From positions 1 through 43,157 of the forward strand of contig NZ_CAMJVP010000001.1 in the NCBI RefSeq assembly GCF_946221465.1: 43,157 nucleotides of DNA. The letters run 5' to 3'. This document shows, piece by piece, positions 37,636 through 43,157 of the stretch. This DNA is from an uncultured Aeromicrobium sp. (GTDB lineage: Bacteria; Actinomycetota; Actinomycetes; Propionibacteriales; Nocardioidaceae). A model generated the notes under the pieces. The model had not been told where the DNA came from, searched no databases, and was given only the letters and a program-made list of their open reading frames with translations. Each line of letters opens with the position of its first letter. The first letter of the stretch is position 1. The translations under genes and the position numbers were made by a program.

Positions 37636-39798
37636 GTGCTCCCCGCGTGAGCGGGGGTGATCCCTTCCGCGACTCGGCGGCCTCGTCGAGGAGATCGTGC
37701 TCCCCGCGTGAGCGGGGGTGATCCCGGTCGCCCCTACATCAAGACCATCCCCACCCCGTGCTCCCCGCGTGAGCGGGGGTGATCCGGGCAGGCACTGTTG
37801 CAGGCAGTCGGTCCGACGGTGCTCCCCGCGTGAGCGGGGGTGATCCCACCACCAACGACGACAGCCAGACCAACGACGTGCTCCCCGCGTGAGCGGGGGT
37901 GATCCGTGCTGGCCACTGAGCAGCGTTTCGATGACGAGGTGCTCCCCGCGTGAGCGGGGGTGATCCTCCGGTCAGCTGCAAATCTCGTGGAGGAGATGAG
38001 TGCTCCCCGCGTGAGCGGGGGTGATCCCGTGACGAGAAGGCCCCGGGGACAGCGGGGAGGGTGCTCCCCGCGTGAGCGGGGGTGATCCGGATTGTTCGGG
38101 GCGTAGAGACCTGAGAGCTCAGTGCTCCCCGCGTGAGCGGGGGTGATCCCACCGCCCCGGCGACCAGCAGCACCGGAACGACGTGCTCCCCGCGTGAGCG
38201 GGGGTGATCCCTCGACATCCCCGGCGTCATCGAACTCGGCCTCGTGCTCCCCGCGTGAGCGGGGGTGATCCCAACCACGACGAGGTGCTGACCACGATCG
38301 GGAAGTGCTCCCCGCGTGAGCGGGGGTGATCCCTCGATCAAGGTCGATCGCATCCGGCAGGAGTGTGTGCTCCCCGCGTGAGCGGGGGTGATCCGCGAGG
38401 CTGCACTGAGTATCCCTATCGCATCATGTGCTCCCCGCGTGAGCGGGGGTGATCCGGTCACGTGAGGGACGTGAGCGCCCGGTGGCGCGTGCTCCCCGCG
38501 TGAGCGGGGGTGATCCCTACGTCGACGCCGCACCGGTCCGGCAGCACGTGTGCTCCCCGCGTGAGCGGGGGTGATCCCCGACCGCACCTCACGGCCCATC
38601 TGCTCGACACGTGCTCCCCGCGTGAGCGGGGGTGATCCCCGACCGCACCTCACGGCCCATCTGCTCGACACGTGCTCCCCGCGTGAGCGGGGGTGATCCC
38701 TCGATCGCGACCCGCCATGCGCTGAATCGCCAGTGCTCCCCGCGTGAGCGGGGGTGATCCGTTGCAGAGCCTCTGTGAAACCAGGCGGGATCGGTGCTCC
38801 CCGCGTGAGCGGGGGTGATCCTGTCATGCCCGGTCATGGGACAGATCATCCTCAGTGCTCCCCGCGTGAGCGGGGGTGATCCCTCCACGTCCGCGTTGCC
38901 CGCGAAATCGGCCGCGTGCTCCCCGCGTGAGCGGGGGTGATCCCATCGAGAACGAGCGAAAGAACGCCGGAGTCGAGTGCTCCCCGCGTGAGCGGGGGTG
39001 ATCCGATGACGGTTGGATTCTCCGCAACGACGTCATCGTGCTCCCCGCGTGAGCGGGGGTGATCCGCGCCGGCCTGGTCGGGCGAGCTGTGGTCCGGCGT
39101 GCTCCCCGCGTGAGCGGGGGTGATCCGCCGGGACCGTCGTGCCAGCGGCCGGTCTTGCCGTGCTCCCCGCGTGAGCGGGGGTGATCCGCGGGATGTTCGC
39201 CTCGAAGAGTCGGTGGCGGCGTGCTCCCCGCGTGAGCGGGGGTGATCCCGGGTTGGGGCGACGCGCCTACGCCTACCGGATGTGCTCCCCGCGTGAGCGG
39301 GGGTGATCCCTCGATCGACGCGATGATCGGCGTCGCCACGATGTGCTCCCCGCGTGAGCGGGGGTGATCCCGCCGCGTTTGTTGCGGTGCAGGAGATCGA
39401 CCTGTGCTCCCCGCGTGAGCGGGGGTGATCCGGTCAGGGGCGGGAATGGAGCAGTCGCATCGCTCGTGCTCCCCGCGTGAGCGGGGGTGATCCATGGCTT
39501 CGCCGCCCACGTGCGCGAACGGCTCGGTGCTCCCCGCGTGAGCGGGGGTGATCCGTTCCGTCGCTTGAGACGAGGAGCGCTCATGAAGTGCTCCCCGCGT
39601 GAGCGGGGGTGATCCCATCACGCCGCGGCCGACCGCCTCGCCGCCGTTGTGCTCCCCGCGTGAGCGGGGGTGATCCGTCGCATCACCGGCGTTCGACAGC
39701 GCCCAAATCGTGCTCCCCGCGTGAGCGGGGGTGATCCGGAGAACAGCGATGAGCAGTGAAGCGGTCGAGGGTGCTCCCCGCGTGAGCGGGGGTGATCC
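37636..39798 (+). CRISPR. Type I-E CRISPR array 2: 36 repeats, 35 spacers
   Basis: 28-bp repeat GTGCTCCCCGCGTGAGCGGGGGTGATCC, ~61-bp period; last repeat (39771-39798) is intact. Confidence 0.99.
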
Positions 39799-39810
39799 GG
39801 AACCCTCACC

Positions 39811-39987
39811 ATGACCACCACCCGCCTCGGCCCAGCACTCCTCAAACCACCCGACGCCGCCCGCCGGCTCAACGTCACGACAGAGGCTCTGCTCCGCCCG
39901 CTCCGTCTGAGCGATCAGCAGCCCGCGAAACCGGATGACTTAATCTCAATTTTCCTAGACAGATGCGCCCCTTCTGTGATGAGGTGA
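39811..39987 (+). pseudogene. Excisionase/HTH_17-like N-terminal fragment
   Basis: MTTTRLGPALLKPPDAARRLNVTTEALLR resembles LLTPxEAARRLGVSxxTLxR; the resemblance is lost after ~29 aa. Confidence 0.45.
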
Positions 39988-40006
39988 GGCAACATCGGAA
40001 TCGGGC

Positions 40007-43000
40007 ATGAGTGGTCGTGGCTCGGTCAGAGTAATCGGGGGGCCGCGGATGCGTGCTCGAGTCATTGCTGTTGCTGTCGCTGCGTTGGTAGGTGTGTCGG
40101 GATCGTTGTTGGCGGTGCCAACAGCGGCCGCCCCTAGCAGTCGTGAACCTCGTGAGCCTCGGGTTGGCAGCCCCCAGCTGAGGTGAATCGGACACCTGAG
40201 GGTCAGCGCCACAAGGTGACTGGGCCGAGAAACCCCTCAGTGACTCCTCAGCTGAGGAACGTAGCCCAGCCGCTACCGCGGTCGATGATGCTATCCCTGC
40301 ACCTGGGCTCGGAGTTCAAGATCACTACGGGTTCGAGGAGTTCGAGATCGACGACCGACAGAGCATCGCGGTCAACCTCGGCAACGGCAACCTGGCGCTC
40401 CGGGCGACGGATGTGACGATCAACGGTCCGGGGCTGGGTCTGTCGCTGGAACGGTTCTACAACGGATTGTCCGAACGTGCGGGGGCGTATGGGCCGCGCT
40501 GGTCGATCTCCGCGGCTGCCGATGTCGGCCTCGAGGTCGGACCCGGCAGCGTGGTGTTCCGCGCCCCGTCGGGATTCCGTGCCCGGTTCACCGATGACGG
40601 CAATGGTTGGGAACCACCGGCTGGTTTGCAGGCGGACCTGGAATCGCAGTCGAACGGTCAATGGGTCGTCTCCTACCGCCGGACGGGCGATCGTCTGGTC
40701 TTCACGGCAGGTGGATATCTGCTGCGGCATGAGGATCGCAACGGCAACGCGATCTCGTACGCCTACAACACCGACAACACGATCGCCTCGGTCACCGACC
40801 CTGCGGGCCGGGTGACGACGTTCACCCATGACGGCGGCAAGATCAGCAGCATCACCGACCCGGCCGAGCGAGTCACGAGCTTCACCTACGACGGCTCGCA
40901 TCGACTCACCGCAGTCGAGACCCCCGACAACGCCACTCGGTCGTACGGGTACACCGACGGCCGCTTGACCTCAATCACCACCGGCACCAGTGACACAACG
41001 GCCATCCAGTACGACGAAAACGGGCGGGTCACGTCGATCGACCATGCGGGTGAATCCCTCACTTCATTCACCTACGTGACGGGCCAGACCACCATCACCG
41101 ATGCGGGCGACAACGACACGACAGTCGACCTCGATAGCGAGGGCCGGGTCGTCTCTGTCACCGATCCGCTCGGGCGAACCAGGTCCCAGGAGTGGACACC
41201 AAACTCACAAATCGCGGCGACGACCGACGCGATGGGCAGCGACGGCGGGCAAGGCAATGTGACGTCGTTCAGTTACGACGACGCGAACAACCCGACCCAG
41301 GTGTCGCTGCCGACCGGAGCCGCCGCCCGCGCGACCTACACCTCAGATGCCGAGTGCGGCAGCGCGACCCAGGACCACCCCTACCTGGTCAAGTGCGCGA
41401 GCGACCCTGCCGGCAACAAGACCACGTACGAGTACGACGGCCCGGGCAACCTGATGAGCCAGACCGACACCACCGCCACCGGCGGACGCGAACTCTCCTA
41501 CACCCGCCAGGGCACCGACGGAGCCAGCTGCGGTGCGAAGAATGGGCAGATTTGCACCGCTACTGACGGTGAGGGCGGTGTCACTAGTTACAGCTACGAC
41601 GCTGACGGGAACGTCACCGCTGTGACGCCCCCAGCCCCGCTTGCTGCCACGGGCTACACCTATGACTCGGTAGGGCGTGTGGCGACGGTGACCGATGGAC
41701 GGGGCATTACGACTACCTATACCTACGACGAGCTGGATCGCCTCACCGGCCAGGAGTCCGGCAACGAGCAGTTCGCTAAGACCTACGACGCTGCTGGCCG
41801 CATGATCTACGACGACACCCTCGGGGCGAACCAGGTTCTTACCGATCTGGGCTACGACGGACGCGGCAGCCAGGTCCACGAGTACATCTACCATCCGGTG
41901 TCGCCCAACCCGACCTTCACCATGACGTACGACAACCGCGGCAACATGACCTCGTATCAAGACGCCGGGTCTGACGTGACGTACGTCTACGACGCGGCCA
42001 ACCAGCTGACCCGCGTCGAGCACGGCGGTGACGTGGTCGAACTCTCCTACGATGCCAACGGCCAAGAGCCCACCCGCTCCCTGCCTGGCGGGGCGGAAAT
42101 CAACCGCGAGTACGACAACTCCAGTCGGCTGACGCGAGTGAATGCGACCGATACGAACGATGACACGGTGATGGACTACTCGTACACGTTCGCAGATCCC
42201 GACGGAGGTGAAGACCGCGCCAAGATTCAGTCCCGAACCGACCATGCGGGGTTGGAGCGAGAAGCTGACACCACGCACACCTACGGATACGACTCGTTGA
42301 ACCGGCTCATCTCCGTGAACGAAAACACGCCGACATCCCATCAGGACTGGCTGTACGAGTACGACAACAACGGCAACCGCACCCGAGCCGAAGGCGTCGC
42401 CACCGTCTTCAATGACGCCAACCAGATCACCAGCATCGGCGGCTGGCCGGCAAACATCAGCTACGACCCGAACGGCAGCATCACCGAACGCCAGAACCAC
42501 TACAGCGTCGGCTACAACGACGCCGACCAGGCGACCAACTGGAACCTCGGCAGCCACCAAAACGAGATGGGCTACCTCGGGGGCACAAACGCTCGCAGAC
42601 TCTCCGTCGAGCACGACTTCGGCACGCAGTACGAGCTGCGCAGCCCTCTTGGACTGGCGTACACCGAAATCGACTCCGACATGGTCGACCCCGCCGACAG
42701 CCGCGTCAGCTACATCCACACACCCGACGGCGAACTCATCGGCACCGCCGACAGCAGCCAAGGCGCCCGCTACGTCATCACCGACCACCAGAACACCGTT
42801 GTCGGTGTCTTCTCCACAGGTGAACTCGCTGGAAGCATCGCCTACGACGCCTGGGGCAACGAGATCAGCCGCACCGGTGACCTCCTGGCTATCGGCTACG
42901 CCGGAGGAGAAACCGGCAGCCCGACAGGCCTCATCAAGTTCGGCGTCCGCTACTACGACCCCACCCTCGGCGTCTTCACCCAGATGGACCCCGCCGGCCA

Positions 43001-43157
43001 AGAACACAACCCCTACACCTACGCCGCCGCCGACCCCATCAACAACACGGACCCCACAGGACTTTCATGCACAGGAGCAATCGTTAGTGGTGCGGTCGGT
43101 GGTGCCGTGACCGGCGCCCTGGCCGGGGCGTACGTTGCTGGAGTTGGCGCAGTACCT
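40007..43157 (+). CDS. RHS/YD-repeat polymorphic toxin-like protein; N-terminus frameshifted, C-terminus runs off the window
   Basis: Frame from 40200 (spot-checked to the window end): DUF6531-like AVNLGNGNL...LERFYN, many YD repeats, core GLIKFGVRYYDPTLGVFTQMDP...NPYTYAAADPINNTDPTG; signal peptide in another frame. Confidence 0.88.

Noticed and set aside
39005..39037. Self-complementary spacer (GATGACG...CGTCATC)
   Set aside because: A single short stem among 79 spacers is compatible with chance.
6262..39798. Self-targeting by main-array spacers within the window
   Set aside because: No full-length match was noticed by eye; an exhaustive computational comparison was not possible.
37734..39878. 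Similar repetitive ORFs over array 2
   Set aside because: These are translations of CRISPR repeats.
41343..43007. 554-aa minus-strand ORF and other long antisense or overlapping ORFs (e.g. 1472-3319, 4213-5661, 1360-2511)
   Set aside because: These are shadow ORFs of well-supported genes, as expected in high-GC DNA.

Overview
High-GC actinobacterial DNA. From left to right: a peptide/nickel-type ABC transporter operon (minus strand, truncated at base 1), a LysR regulator, a small membrane protein and a glycerophosphodiester phosphodiesterase. Next come a type I-E CRISPR array (45 repeats, 44 spacers), a hipBA toxin-antitoxin pair bracketed by two degenerate CRISPR repeats, and a decayed ORF. 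A ~17-kb catabolic island follows, with a shared palindromic operator probably bound by its TetR. It encodes PrpD, acyl-CoA dehydrogenase, Zn-ADH, enoyl-CoA hydratase, a fused E1-alpha/beta plus a degenerate E2, two SDRs, a CoA ligase, a two-subunit hydantoinase/oxoprolinase-family enzyme with a small upstream protein, and an MFS transporter. Then a complete type I-E cas operon (cas3-cas8e-cas11-cas7-cas5-cas6-cas1-cas2, minus strand), a second array with a variant repeat (36 repeats, 35 spacers), and an RHS/YD protein running off the window. The most notable element is a one-spacer mini-array upstream of cas3, on the opposite strand to the main arrays. Its spacer seed (11 nt, next to an AAC PAM) matches the predicted -35 region of the cas3 promoter, suggesting a Cascade-guided autorepression RNA. 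All counts and alignments were made by eye; no database searches were run.
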